Assembly: GCA_043228905.1 (NCBI GenBank)
Contig: JBHGNT010000001.1
Span: 36,890,001-36,954,000 of the forward strand
Reading direction: 5' to 3'
DNA length: 64,000 bases
DNA from: Azolla caroliniana
Lineage: Eukaryota; Plantae; Polypodiophyta
Shown piece after piece: positions 52,279 to 64,000 of this stretch; position 1 is the stretch's first letter, and every line of letters starts with the position of its first letter. The notes below the pieces were generated by a model, which was not told where the DNA came from, did no database searches, and saw only the letters and a list, made by a program, of their open reading frames with translations. The position numbers were made by a program, and so were the translations under genes.

Positions 52279-53699
52279 GGCTAACGTCTCCCTCCTACTC
52301 TCTCTGTCTTCCTTGATCTTAATCTTCTTTCAAACTTTTAAAACACGAGATAAGCATCAAGCCTGCGGTTAGGCTTGTGGGAATCTGCTCAAGGAATAAA
52401 AAAACAGCACAAAATGGGCACGTTACACAGAGAGGCAATGGTCGAAGAAGGCTTACAGATCGATTGGTCTGCAGGAAAACGAAGATCCGTCTGTTTGGTG
52501 GTGAAGAAATGGGGGGGGGGGGGGGGGGGCAGCGGAGCAGGGAACAGGAGGCGCCTTTGACTTTAAATCTAATCTATGTACATGTATATGCATGCGTATA
52601 TAGAATACATATTAATATGTATATGTACATATAGAAACAGAATGACCTTGGACTCTGTTCTCTCTCTCGCTCTGTCGATGTCAATGTCTTGGAATGGTTC
52701 AAAGCCAATAAATAGCTAGACTTCTTTATTGAGGATGGGAGTGTGTGTGCGACTTTTGCAATATACCAGCACACTCCCTATACAATATGATGATGACATC
52801 TTGGGAACTCTAGTTTTGATGTTTCTATGGAACTCACAATTATTAGCTTTCGAAAAGTATGTTGTTATGTTCCAACTTGTAATGCATCTAAGAAATATAA
52901 AGTTTGTGCTTTCATGAGGGAGAAGATTTGCCATGTTGAATAATTCAATGATGCGCTTTGCATCAAGATGAATTATCCCCTCTATGTGCCTTCAATTGAA
53001 ACAATTGTGACAATTTGTAACCAAAATTGGAAGAGGTAAACCCCAATACCCATTTTTGATGATTGAGGTTTCAACGAGTAATCGATGAGAAGCCTTGATG
53101 TGTTTGCCTTATTAGTGAGGAGATAACTCTTAACTGACTCTCCCAACAAATCTATGACAAATAAAAATTACTAGTGATACGCACTAAATATTATGATCGA
53201 GAAATAAAGCGTGTACGGTGCTTACCCATACCAACCACCCTCGAGTGATGGACGAGAGAAGAAGATAAAATATAATCACATCCTATACTACTATATATTA
53301 ACTTATGTTGCAATGAATCGTGGTAGTCAGTCCCCTTTATATAGTCAAACCTCTTAAGCTCCCAAAGAGCCACATGCTCCCATGTGTCAAAGGTCCTCAT
53401 GAATCATAAGTTTGCCCCATGTCTCAGGATAACTAATTTCCCACTTACACAATTCTTAAACCATTAACTCGATGTTATACGGCTAGTAAAATCATAAAAA
53501 AAATGGGAAATGTTATTCCCTATAATTGCTCATGATTATATTGTACTCAAGCCATATGAGATGGGAAGGGCACCAAATTGATTTAGGCTTCATTCATTGT
53601 GTGTGCTAGGTGTTGATGATTAAAGTTTGCTTGAACAAACTTGTCCACACCAGAGTAGATATAGACATTCTTGTTGCATCTAAATGTGTTTGTATGATT

Positions 53700-54310
53700 G
53701 CTTCACGTAAAGAAAGTATGTTTAGTTATTCTCTCTATTTGTGAACAAAGAAAACGTCACATTCTTGATTTTAGCAACATGATGAGGCCTAGCATTTCCA
53801 ATCTAGATTATTGGCATAGGACAAATGTATACAATAAACATAGTCAAAATATTGTAATTTGCAAGGAGTTATCCTTTGTTAGGTGATAATGGCTCATGCC
53901 CAACGAGCTCGTAATGTGAAAGGAACTCTTTAGAGTTTTCAACTTGTATAAAAGGACAAGAACTATCCTTTGTTAGGTGACAATGGCTCATGCCCAACGA
54001 GCTCGTAATGTGAAAGGAACGCTTTAAAGTTTTCAACTTGTATAAAAGGAAACAACGGTGTAGACGGGTCTTCTCAAACCAAACCGCACATCCAACAATG
54101 TTGTTGCAAGAGATATGGAGTGAAATTGTAGCCATTCTAAAGAGCCAATATGATGGCCTCAAGGGCAGCTCTGATGGAATTGAAAGACAACGAATAGCCT
54201 TCATCCAACAATGGTCGTCCTCTTCCTTTCTTGAGTCAATGGGCATCCACATAAGATGGAACTATCGCGTCCCTACAGGGATTTGTACACAATAATCTCA
54301 TTTGTAAAAT
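53700..54310 (+). mobile_element. LINE 3'-end remnant with internal 94-bp duplication
   Basis: LLQEIWSEIVAILKSQYDGLKG..RQRIAFIQQW parallels the broken frame after ORF 8363-9004. Duplicated block starts at 53871 and 53965. Confidence 0.55.
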
Positions 54311-55188
54311 TTTATAACTAATGGAAGGAGGTTTTTTTTGGAAAAAAAAAAAGGAAAAAAAGGACGAGCTCTTATGTAAAAAGGGCCTTTGGGTGCCCCA
54401 ACTTTAAGGGTACATTTTAATCTTCGTACTCTCTCATTTGCGTCTACTAAGATTCCCTTCCCTCCATCCAACTTCTCCACTTTGATTAATTGAGATACAC
54501 ATTGTTTTTGACATAACAATTATCTATTTAATTGAGATACTTGTTAAGTAATGGTCGTATGTTTTATTGTCCAATAACGATATAAACATTGGTGCTAAGA
54601 ACATAAGCTTAAGGCACAAGGGAGAGGACATGAGAGGGATAATTTGAGAGTTTAAAGCCTTGTAGCCACCCTAGTGTGAAAAGGGCAAAAACTTCGACCT
54701 ACTAACATAGCTCTTTAAGCATTAGCCCCATGGCCTAACTAAATTACATTGTGTAGTATTATTAAATTTCATTTACACAACACAAGAGTTGGGAAATAAT
54801 CTTATTTCGTGTTTTGCAACAGCAACGAGTGAGGACACTAGTCAATTCAGTTTAGGCTCTAGAATAGAGATCTAGCAATATGTACACAGTACATACAATG
54901 CCTTCCTTTCACACATACATACATATGCATATGCGAGACATGCACACTTTCATTAGCATCGGATCGAGAGAACCTGCAAACCACAAGAAGTCCAAGCATG
55001 GCCATCTCGGCCTCTGGTTCGATTACATATTTTTTGGATCTCATGTCCGCCCCAACTTGTAACTTGTAAAGCATTGTGCTTCCACTGACTCCTCCCTCCC
55101 TCCCTTCATTCTGTCGGTTTGCAAAAGCGATCGAGGACCACCATTACACCATCAACAAGAACAGTCACCGAAGATACCATAGCCAAGG

Positions 55189-55928
55189 ATGATCAACTCC
55201 ATTAAACCTGTGCCGAACTCTTCACTTACAGCGTCAGGAGGTTCCATTTCCTTGGAATCCTACACTCACACCTTGTCTTGTATCAGAAATTCCCAGTTCC
55301 ACCTCACTACCCTCCGCAATCTTGCTAAGGTAAGGCAAACTTATCTGTAAATTGGTACTAATCAATCTGTCTTGGTAAGGTAATTAAGCATTAATTCTCA
55401 GTCGTAAACTCATCGTCAATAATCCTTCAGAGCTCTTTCTAGTTAAGGTAACTATAACTTATAAATTCTACAATTGTTTCAAGCATCCTTAAATTTTTAG
55501 GGGGATGGGAACCTTGGTGTGCTCAGTTCGCACCATAATTCCATGGTAATGTATCCATGAATTCTTCATCTTACTCTAGGTAAGACATTATTTGATGTAT
55601 TAATTCATCGCCTTAAAATTTAATAGCTTTCTTGTTATACAAAGGCATTATTAATGCTAATGATTGATTCTTCATGAATTATATCTCCAGTTTTCTGCAC
55701 ATTTGGCTTCTACTTCATCTTCTTCTTTTTGTTAGGATTCCATTTCGATTACAGGATATGGTTTCTTCTTCTTCTTTTCTTCTTGTTGGGAATGCATTTA
55801 GAATGCAGGATATGATTTCTTATCTACTGGAGTGAAAACATTCTGCTTAGTTCCGAGGAATTATGTTGATTTCAGGTCCTACTGGTAAACGGATTCTCAA
55901 CTGGAACCAAAAATAGGAAGAAGGTGTT

Positions 55929-56007
<79 letters not shown>

Positions 56008-57828
56008 AACAAACAAACAAAATGAAAATAAAATAAAATAAAATAATAGTGTGGTTTTTTTATTCTGACGTCGATCTTTACTTCTTTGATTCAGGATGAC
56101 ATATCTCTACACATGCAAACCTTACCTCTCTTTCACCCGTGTTTCTCCTCCCTCCATATCACTGGAAACGATGAATATAACAAGTCTAATATAATGCAGA
56201 TACAGATTGGTCCCATGGCCATGAATCACGCAGAGCTTAACGAAGATTTCATGGCTTTAAAAACCTGGTTTAATATCCATTCTGCAGATAGTCTCTTGAA
56301 ATCCCTCAACCACGAATTAGGCCATGAGAAGATTTACAGCACTTCATCACAGAGTAATATAGTGTTTTTGCATACCATTAATTCATAGATGAAGAATTAT
56401 ATTATGCTTCCAGTAAATGTTCATGATCACAGTTTGGTTGTATATATAACAGGGAATAAAGATTCATTTCCCCTTCAGGAATCATCAGATAACAAGTCGC
56501 AAATATTTGCATCGTCCGGTAAAGAAATTAGTGACGAAGAGGTTATTGTTTCTCCTGGGGAAAGTTCATCTGGTAATCATCAACGAGATCATATTTTTCC
56601 AACTTCTAATTCACTCCTGCAGAGTGATGTAATTAGTCTCAGTGGAGAGGCCATGAGCCATAATCAAGCGGATATATCAGTTGGATTATTACCAGCCATA
56701 GCAAACCTGCTTCCTGTGTCAAGGTCGGAGTTCTCAACCTCAAGCAAAAAAGATCCTCTAGAATTGAGAAGCACTGACTCCCTAGACTCAAGAACAATTG
56801 ATTCTCTGAAGTCACGCGACATCGGAAATGGTTCTCTACAGCCTCCATGCAGAAATGCTTCAATGAATGCTTCACGCAGAAGCGATCAGTTATCCTCCTT
56901 GACTAGAAAGGTTTCGAGTTTAAGCTCTTCAAGTAGAAATGGAAATTATTCTCTAACCTCCTCAAGAAGAAACGATCCGTTAACCTCCTCAATCAGAAAT
57001 GATCCTCTAACTTGCGCAATCGGAAATGCTCCTTTAACCTCTCTAATCGGAAATGCTCCTTTAACCTCTCTAATTGGAAACGCTCCTTTGACCTCAATCG
57101 GAAATGATCCTTTAGCCTCATCTGCCACCAATGAAAACGCTTCTTTCACTTCGACAGACAGAAACGACCTTTTAACCTGCTCAATAAGAAACACTACGCC
57201 CTCAACCAGAGACACTCCTTTAACCCCCTTAATAGGAAACGCTCCCTCCTCGGCCAGAAACGTTTCTTTCACCTCCTCAGCTAGAAACGATCCTTTAACC
57301 TCGAAGGATAACTCTTTGGATCATGTAGCAGAAACAGTTGCAAGCAAAGGGTTTGCTAAAGAGACGAAGAGTTGTGCTGTGTCAGATGATCAATATTGTA
57401 ATATGGGGAATCATTCAAGAGAGCTCATAGATGATGTCATAGAGGAAACAACAGAATCTTCATGCGTTCTACAAGATTATTCTATAAAATCGGTCATTAT
57501 CGCTTCAGAAAATAGAGCATCTTCTAGTTTCTTGCATCAAATGAACGGTGGAATTTTTGCTAATTCAATGAATAATTATGCTTCGGAAAGCTTGGATTTA
57601 CTGTCCCGATGGGAGAACAGAATGAAGAAGCAAGAGATTAACGCTGAGATTAATACAAACAAGGTAATGTCTAATGCAAATTTATCTCTGCTTCCTAAAA
57701 ATCTGAAAAGGAAAAGGAAGAGGCAATCGATGTCTCGCCTTGTGATCGGTACTAGCGATGAGAAAGGTGATGAAACGATTAATGACAGTTCTTGTCATAA
57801 GCCAAGAAGTAACTTACAGGGAATGTAG
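55189..57828 (+). CDS. Uncharacterised protein: conserved-looking N-terminal domain (DUF7787-like, tentative), 9-aa tandem repeats, basic NLS; 4 exons
   Basis: Phase-compatible exons ~55189-55329 (AAG|GTAAG), ~55876-55923, ~56095-56353 and 56453-57828. They give SISLESY...LAKVLLVNGF...KKDDI..LPLFHP..SSL...LNEDFMALKTW, then RNDPLTSSI/GNAPLTSLI repeats and KRKRKR. Confidence 0.6.
55932..56046. repeat. Compound microsatellite (CT)n(CA)n(CAAA)n(AAAAT)n
   Basis: Directly visible; lies in the predicted intron 2. Confidence 0.95.
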
Positions 57829-59981
57829 CTTCATGAAGATGAAATGGGATTTCAACAGTTTCAATCATGGTATGGTTGCCCAGAGCTTAAGTTATTCGCA
57901 TCTCAGACCTACAGTGTTACACCCTAAAATCCGAAATCCCAACCGTATCCGCTACTTGTGCAGTACCCATGCTACAGTGAAACGTCTAGATCCGGTGGCC
58001 TAGAGCTTAAGTTATTCACACCTCACCTCATACCTACAAGCCTACACCCTAAACCCAAAAACCCAAAATCCTAACCGTATCGGCTACTTACTCAGTACCT
58101 AATACCTATCTACAGTGAAAACGTTTAAATCCGGTGAAGAGTTCTTTCTTTTCTTTAGTATTACTTTATTCTGGTGGAAAACCCTAATGGACACTTTTGA
58201 CCATCTCAATGAAGAGCTTTTTCTAATTCATAAAGTAGTTGCAGAAGAAGAGTCCTTTACATTATTATTTTAGCATTGGATGAAAAATATCAGCATCGTA
58301 TTTTCGTAAATGTTGTCACTTGATACATACCCCAACCCTTGTAGAAGAATAATAATGTGCCACCGGTTAATGTTAATATTTTAGTTTCACTTTCCTCGTC
58401 GTAGATGGGCACAATCTCAAAACCAAATGCAGACTAAAGAATAAGTGTATTAAGATAACCATCCCAGTTATGTGATTTATAAATGGAATGTTTTTTGCAT
58501 TGAGCTTTAGCATGTAATGTCTCGTTGCGTATGCCATGTGGAACTCTAAACAGGACAAGAGATTCAAGGTCTAACGGATTCAAATAATGTATCAATGCTA
58601 TGAATCCCTAATGCTCTCTTCGTGTTTATAATTTCTTCTATCAATATGCAGTGTGTATATATATATATTGGGTAATAGGACTAGACTAATTGAAGGTATG
58701 GTTTCATCTTTCTTAGTAAAGGCAATGAATTATGAGGCCTTTTTCATGAAAAATATTGTGGGGGAACTTGAAACTTACATTTTAGGGATTACCTATAATT
58801 TTTACCTATATTTTGTGATAGTCATTCTTGGAAAGTGTTGGCCAAAACGACCTCATGTGAAGAATCTTTTAGGCGGTTGCTTCATGACTAAGGTGGCCAC
58901 CCCCATCCCCAACAGGCTTGTTCTATGACAGCAATTACACATTGTGATCATTGTCACATTGTCACACTAGTGAAGGATGGCATCACTATTGTGTCTGTAT
59001 AAATTCCCTTAGATCATGGTGAATGTTTGCATTTCTTTAGTAAGGCATGGGCGATGTCTTTGTTTAATTGTTACAAAAACAATATCCCTTGATCACCACA
59101 CAAACGATGTCCAAGGAGAAAGATTATAAGGTGCTATGTAGTAGTACTGTTTGTATGCAAACAATGAAGTGTGAAATTTGACCTTTGTTTTTCCTCGTAT
59201 GGAGAGAGGTACGACAAGTCGACACATGCTAACATCGAAATCTAAACATTGAGAAACTATTGGGCTTGCTTGTGTGTACTTTGCTTGGTCATTGATAGGA
59301 TATAATTTTGTTGAGCTTTTATCGGTTAGACAAGAGAATGCAAGAACCACTTTTGATTTGACCAATGATATTGTTCTATATGTACATATAAGAGTGTGAT
59401 GGAGAATAAAATGACAAATATTACCCCAACCACCAAATCATTGGTGACACACAAGATACTAAACTCAAGATCACATAAACTTACAATAAATGTTTAGTTA
59501 AGTGCATGTCCATTTTGTTGAGAAGCAAGCTCAACATGGTATGTGATGCTTATGAGAAATAAGCTATAGTAGCTATTTAGCTACTAGTGAACAAAAAGGT
59601 AAAACAGCTATTTAGCTAGTGACAGCTAATTAGCTAGTGAACAGCTATTTAGCGACTGACAGCTAATTAGCTACTGGCAGCTAATTAGCTGCATGTGTAA
59701 TAACTTATGACTTAGGTAAAAGTAAGTGAGAGTGAATAGGAAGTAAGTAGTAAGAAAAAACAGAGAATAGAGAGTAGAGAACTCTGAGAGAGAGTGAGAG
59801 ACCAGAAGACTGACGAGAGCAAGTTGAGCTCTACATGTAATAGAAGAAAACCATTTTGCTACTACAGAGGTAAGTCCCCTTTCCTTTCTCTGTCTGTTTA
59901 GAGCACGCTAACGATCCAGCACACTACGATCCGCCGCGCACATAAGAAGAGCCCGAGTGCCTTCTTCACGTTTTCTTAACA

Positions 59982-59993
59982 TGGTATCAGAGC
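59982..59993 (+). promoter_or_regulatory. Primer-binding site for initiator tRNA-Met
   Basis: TGGTATCAGAGC immediately after the LTR end. Confidence 0.95.
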
Positions 59994-60123
59994 AGAGTAG
60001 CTCGTAAGGAAGAGTATAGCTGCCTTAATCTGAGAAAGTTATTTCTCTGGTTGCTGATCAGAAATCAGAAAGTTACTTGTTGAAGTAACTAAAGCAAAAC
60101 CCTGGTTTTTTGGGAGAAAAAAA

Positions 60124-63100
60124 ATGGCTGCAGAGAATGTAGGCCAAATGGTCACAGAGAAATTAGATAAAAACAATTTCCCGGCGTGGAAATTCAGAAT
60201 GACAAACTTTCTGATGGGGAAAGGATACTGGGATTACATTGAAGGAGACCTAGAAGAGGCTCCAGAGATCCCAGAAGAGAATGCAACAGCTGCACATATT
60301 AAGGCATTTAAAGATTGGAATCAAGGGGCAAGGAAAGTAATGCATTGGCTATCACTCAGCATCTCACATTCAATGCTTGGGCATATACAAGATGCTATGC
60401 TCCCAAAAGAAGCTTGGGACAACTTGGTAAAACTGTTTGCTGTGAACACAAAGGCTAGAAAGCTCCAGTTAAAGACTGAGCTAAATACCTTGGAGAAAGG
60501 TAAGATGTCAATAAATGAATATGCCCTAAAAATCAAGAGTATATGTGAATCACTTGCTTCTATCAATGTGAAGATAGAAGATGATGACAAAGTGGAAATA
60601 TGCTTAAGAGGCTTAGGACCTCAATACAAGAGTTTTAAAACTTCTATGCTCACAAGGGATAGTATCCCAAGTTTTTCAGATCTGGTCTCAATGCTTGTGG
60701 TAGAGGAAAGGAATCAGATGGATGATGCAAATAAAGGAAACTCAGAGAACGAGGGGCAAGCCCTCTATAATAATGCCGGAAGAGGCCGAGGAAGAGGCCA
60801 TGGAAGATTTGGCTCAGGAAGAACCAATAATAATGGCTTTCAAGGAAGAGGACAACAAGCTCATAGAGGAGGAAACAACAACAGAGGCAGGGGGAGCAAC
60901 CGAGGTAGAGGTAAGCAAACTTATGTAAATGATGATGGCTGCTGGTATTGTGGTAAACCAGGCCATACACAGGCTGAATGTTACAAGAAACAAAATGATG
61001 AGAAAAGAGGAAAAGGACAACAGAGTAACTATGCCTCTACTAGTGAAGATTGTGAAAAGGAAGGTGTTTTTGTAGTGCAACATGAGATAGCAGCAGTGGC
61101 TGAAAGCTCACAGAAATGTAATGAAGAGTTTACGTGGTATGTAGACTCGGGGGCATCTAACCATATGACTGGACATGCAAATTGGTTTGAGAGTTTAAGA
61201 GAACCAGAGGTTCCTGGTTATGTACAAACAGGTGATGACACAACTCACCAAATAAAACATGTTGGAGATATCCCATTGTGGGAAGAAAGAGGAAAAACCA
61301 AGTATATGTTGAATGTGATGCATGTTCCAAACCTTGCTAAGAATCTGATTTCTGTTGGACAGATTGTAGAGCAAGGTATGCAAGTGAAGTTTAAGCAAAG
61401 TGGATGCTATATAGAAAAGAATGGGAAGCTCATTGCAAAAGGGAAGGGACAAGGAAGAATGTTTATCTTGGATGTAGAAATGCCCAAACAGATTTCAGCC
61501 ATGTTTGCAAATGGAACGAGTGTAATCTCAGATGTGGAAATGTGGCATAAAAGGATTGGCCATATAAGTATGCAAACATTAAAGAATATGTTGAGAAAAG
61601 ATGCAGTGGCTGGACTGCCAAACTTGAAAAAGTGTGAAATGGGAAAAGTATGTGAAGCATGTCAATATGGTAAGCAAAACAGGTTGCCATTCCCTCATGA
61701 GAGACATGTAAGCAAAAATCTGTTGGATTTGGTACATACAGATGTATGGGGACCAACAAAGAATGCATCTATTGGTGGATGTAGATTTTATGTTACATTT
61801 ATCGATGATTGTTCACGGAAGACATGGGTGTACTTCATGAAGGAGAAAAGTGAAGTATTTGACTGTTTTCGTAAGTTTAAATGCATGGTAGAAAAGCAGG
61901 CTGGTACTAGGATAAAATGTTTGAGATCTGATGGAGGAGGAGAGTATTTCTCCAATGAATTTTCTGATTTTTTGTGTAATCAGGGAATAAGAAGACAGTT
62001 CACATGCCGATATACTCCACAGCAAAATGGAGTTGCTGAGAGGAAAAACAGAACTTTGGTGAACATAGCAAGGGCAATGATGACTGAGAAGAACATGCCA
62101 TTATACTATTGGGCAGAAGCTGTAAATACAGCAAATTACATTTTAAATAGATGTATTACATCAGGAGTACATGAGGCAACTCCTGAAGAGTGTTTTTATG
62201 GCAGGAAGCCTAGCTTACAACACTTGAAGGTGTTTGGATGCCTTGCATATGTACATGTGCCTGCAGAAGTAAGAAGTAAGTTGGATCCAAAGGCAGAAAA
62301 ATGTATTTTTGTTGGCTATTCAGAAGAACAAAAAGGGTATAGATGCTATAACCCTGTAACAAAGAAGATTGTGACAAGTAGGGATGTAATCTTTGATGAG
62401 TTAGCCAGCTGGTATAGTCCAAAACAGAATCCAGAGACTGATGAAGACAATGAGATTGAAGACAAAGACAAATCTGAAAACGTAGAAGACTGCCATAGAG
62501 ATGGAAGCAAGATTGGACAGCAAAGTCCAACATCAACAGAATGTTCTGGACCATCAAAAAGCTCAGATGGTAAATCTGATTCAAATTCATGGAGTGGAAA
62601 AACTGGACAGAAAAAATCTGATGACAAAAAAGGAAAACAGAAAATGCCAGAGTATGAAATCCCGGATGACCTATCAAAAAACATGGTAGATGAAGATTCA
62701 GATATGTCTTTGGATGATTTCCTTGGAATACAGGAAATGAAAATCCCTGGTATGGAAAAGGCAATAAAGAATGCAAATCAGAAACTGAGAAGATCAGATA
62801 GAGAGAAAAAGACTGTGGAAAGATTTGGGTATGATACATACATGGCTATGCATTATGCATACATGTCTAAGGTGGTACAGATCCCTGATCCAAACAGCTT
62901 CGAAGAAGCAAAATCTGAGAAGAAATGGATGGATGCAATGCAAGAAGAGATTGATGCATTGGCTAAGAACAAAACGTGGGATTTAGTGAAGTTACCAAAA
63001 GAGAAAAATGTGGTAGGCTGCAAATGGGTCTACAAGACAAAGCATGACTCCAATGGGAATGTAAGCAGACATAAAGCAAGATTGGTTGCAAAAGGATATG

Positions 63101-64000
63101 CTCAGATGCAAGGGATTGATTATGATGAGACTTTTGCACCGGTTGCAAAGATGGCAACCTTGAGAACACTACTTGCTGTAGGAGCAGCCAGAAAATGGAT
63201 TTTGCATCACATGGATGTAAAAAATGCTTTTTTACATGGTAACTTGGAAGAAGAAGTGTATATGAGTCAACCACCAGGTTTTGAAGATAAGAAACAACCT
63301 GATTATGTATGTAAGCTGAAAAAAGCTCTCTATGGACTGAAACAGGCACCAAGACCATGGCACAGAGAACTTTCAGATTCTCTGAAAAATCTTGGTTTCA
63401 AAATGTCAAAAGCTGATCCTTCTTTGTATGTAAAAAGTGAAAATGATTGCATTGTTATTATTCTGATTTATGTAGATGATTTGATTATTGGAGGAGATTC
63501 CGTGGATGAAATAAGAAAGTTGAAAAAAAATCTGGAAATGCAATTTCATATGAAAGATTTGGGAGATCTGAGATATTTTCTTGGTATTGAAATCATCAGA
63601 TCTGAAAGTGGTATATGTATGCTGCAAAAACAGTATGCAACAACTATGTTGAAAAAGTATGGTATGCTTGGATGCAAACCTATTGGAGTACCACTTGATA
63701 AAAACTGCAAGTTGAGGGCTGATTTGGGAGCCAAGATAGAAGATGTAAACATGTACAGGTCTATGGTGGGCAGCCTTATTTATTTGACTATAACAAGACC
63801 TGATTTGAGCTATGCTGTTGGATTAGTCAGCCAGTTTATGCAACAGCCAACAAAGCCACATTTGGACTGCATCAGAAGGATTCTGAGGTATGTAAAAGCA
63901 ACTCAGAACTTTGGACTATTTTACAGGGCTGATCTAGACATAAATCTGGAAGGATATACAGATGCTGATTGGGCTGGAAGCCAAACAGACATGAGATCCA
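60124..64000 (+). CDS. Copia gag-pol polyprotein, uninterrupted to window end (partial)
   Basis: Absent from the ORF track because no stop is reached. NFPAWKFRM, CWYCGKPGHTQAEC, WYVDSGASNHMTG, WHKRIGH..CEAC, HTDVWGP, RSDGGGEY, TPQQNGVAERKNR, KARLVAKG, YVDD and YTDADWAG are all in one frame. Confidence 0.95.
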   Translation, partial: MAAENVGQMVTEKLDKNNFPAWKFRMTNFLMGKGYWDYIEGDLEEAPEIPEENATAAHIKAFKDWNQGARKVMHWLSLSISHSMLGHIQDAMLPKEAWDNLVKLFAVNTKARKLQLKTELNTLEKGKMSINEYALKIKSICESLASINVKIEDDDKVEICLRGLGPQYKSFKTSMLTRDSIPSFSDLVSMLVVEERNQMDDANKGNSENEGQALYNNAGRGRGRGHGRFGSGRTNNNGFQGRGQQAHRGGNNNRGRGSNRGRGKQTYVNDDGCWYCGKPGHTQAECYKKQNDEKRGKGQQSNYASTSEDCEKEGVFVVQHEIAAVAESSQKCNEEFTWYVDSGASNHMTGHANWFESLREPEVPGYVQTGDDTTHQIKHVGDIPLWEERGKTKYMLNVMHVPNLAKNLISVGQIVEQGMQVKFKQSGCYIEKNGKLIAKGKGQGRMFILDVEMPKQISAMFANGTSVISDVEMWHKRIGHISMQTLKNMLRKDAVAGLPNLKKCEMGKVCEACQYGKQNRLPFPHERHVSKNLLDLVHTDVWGPTKNASIGGCRFYVTFIDDCSRKTWVYFMKEKSEVFDCFRKFKCMVEKQAGTRIKCLRSDGGGEYFSNEFSDFLCNQGIRRQFTCRYTPQQNGVAERKNRTLVNIARAMMTEKNMPLYYWAEAVNTANYILNRCITSGVHEATPEECFYGRKPSLQHLKVFGCLAYVHVPAEVRSKLDPKAEKCIFVGYSEEQKGYRCYNPVTKKIVTSRDVIFDELASWYSPKQNPETDEDNEIEDKDKSENVEDCHRDGSKIGQQSPTSTECSGPSKSSDGKSDSNSWSGKTGQKKSDDKKGKQKMPEYEIPDDLSKNMVDEDSDMSLDDFLGIQEMKIPGMEKAIKNANQKLRRSDREKKTVERFGYDTYMAMHYAYMSKVVQIPDPNSFEEAKSEKKWMDAMQEEIDALAKNKTWDLVKLPKEKNVVGCKWVYKTKHDSNGNVSRHKARLVAKGYAQMQGIDYDETFAPVAKMATLRTLLAVGAARKWILHHMDVKNAFLHGNLEEEVYMSQPPGFEDKKQPDYVCKLKKALYGLKQAPRPWHRELSDSLKNLGFKMSKADPSLYVKSENDCIVIILIYVDDLIIGGDSVDEIRKLKKNLEMQFHMKDLGDLRYFLGIEIIRSESGICMLQKQYATTMLKKYGMLGCKPIGVPLDKNCKLRADLGAKIEDVNMYRSMVGSLIYLTITRPDLSYAVGLVSQFMQQPTKPHLDCIRRILRYVKATQNFGLFYRADLDINLEGYTDADWAGSQTDMRS

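Larger units (their letters stand above)
59516..64000 (+). mobile_element. Ty1/copia LTR retrotransposon, 3' part beyond window
   Basis: LTR TGTTG...TAACA (59516-59981), PBS TGGTATCAGAGC and gag-PR-INT-RT order. Confidence 0.96.

Noticed and set aside
56386-56391. Stop-codon readthrough joining ORFs 56086-56388 and 56389-57828
   Set aside because: A phase-compatible 99-nt GT-AG intron (56354-56452) removes the TAG more simply.
59869-59901. 32-nt GT-AG mini-intron in the copia LTR
   Set aside because: Shorter than plausible plant introns; only the donor is retained as a possibility.
60321-63752. Minus-strand ORFs over the copia element
   Set aside because: Shadows of the purine-rich sense polyprotein.

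Overview
Nuclear genomic DNA of a land plant, probably a non-seed plant such as a fern (inferred from spliceosomal genes, a long PLS-class PPR gene and the TE types). It carries eight protein genes: PEX11A (exon 1 only), an 11-exon OSCA1/CSC1 channel, fibrillin FBN3-like, a PLS-E PPR, HBS1, a DUF2358 plastid protein, a PLAC8-family gene and an uncharacterised repeat-rich gene. There is one tRNA-Val(AAC). Mobile DNA: several decayed LINEs, a hAT-type MITE with TIRs and an 8-bp TSD, a full-length GC-rich Ty3/gypsy element (41035-48022) and a Ty1/copia element with an uninterrupted ORF running off the window end. The most notable object is the gypsy element. It has an 18/18 tRNA-Trp primer-binding site, a probable 4-bp TSD and a D-H-G protease motif. 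It also has a candidate -1 ribosomal frameshift cassette (G GAT TTT TAG, 6-nt spacer, stem/pseudoknot) placed between protease and RT rather than between gag and protease. Other points: a decayed RanBP2 zinc-finger exon in HBS1 intron 1, a GC-AG intron and a 6x139-bp array in OSCA, and an L1 missing its RT core. Exon boundaries and family names were read by eye with no database searches.
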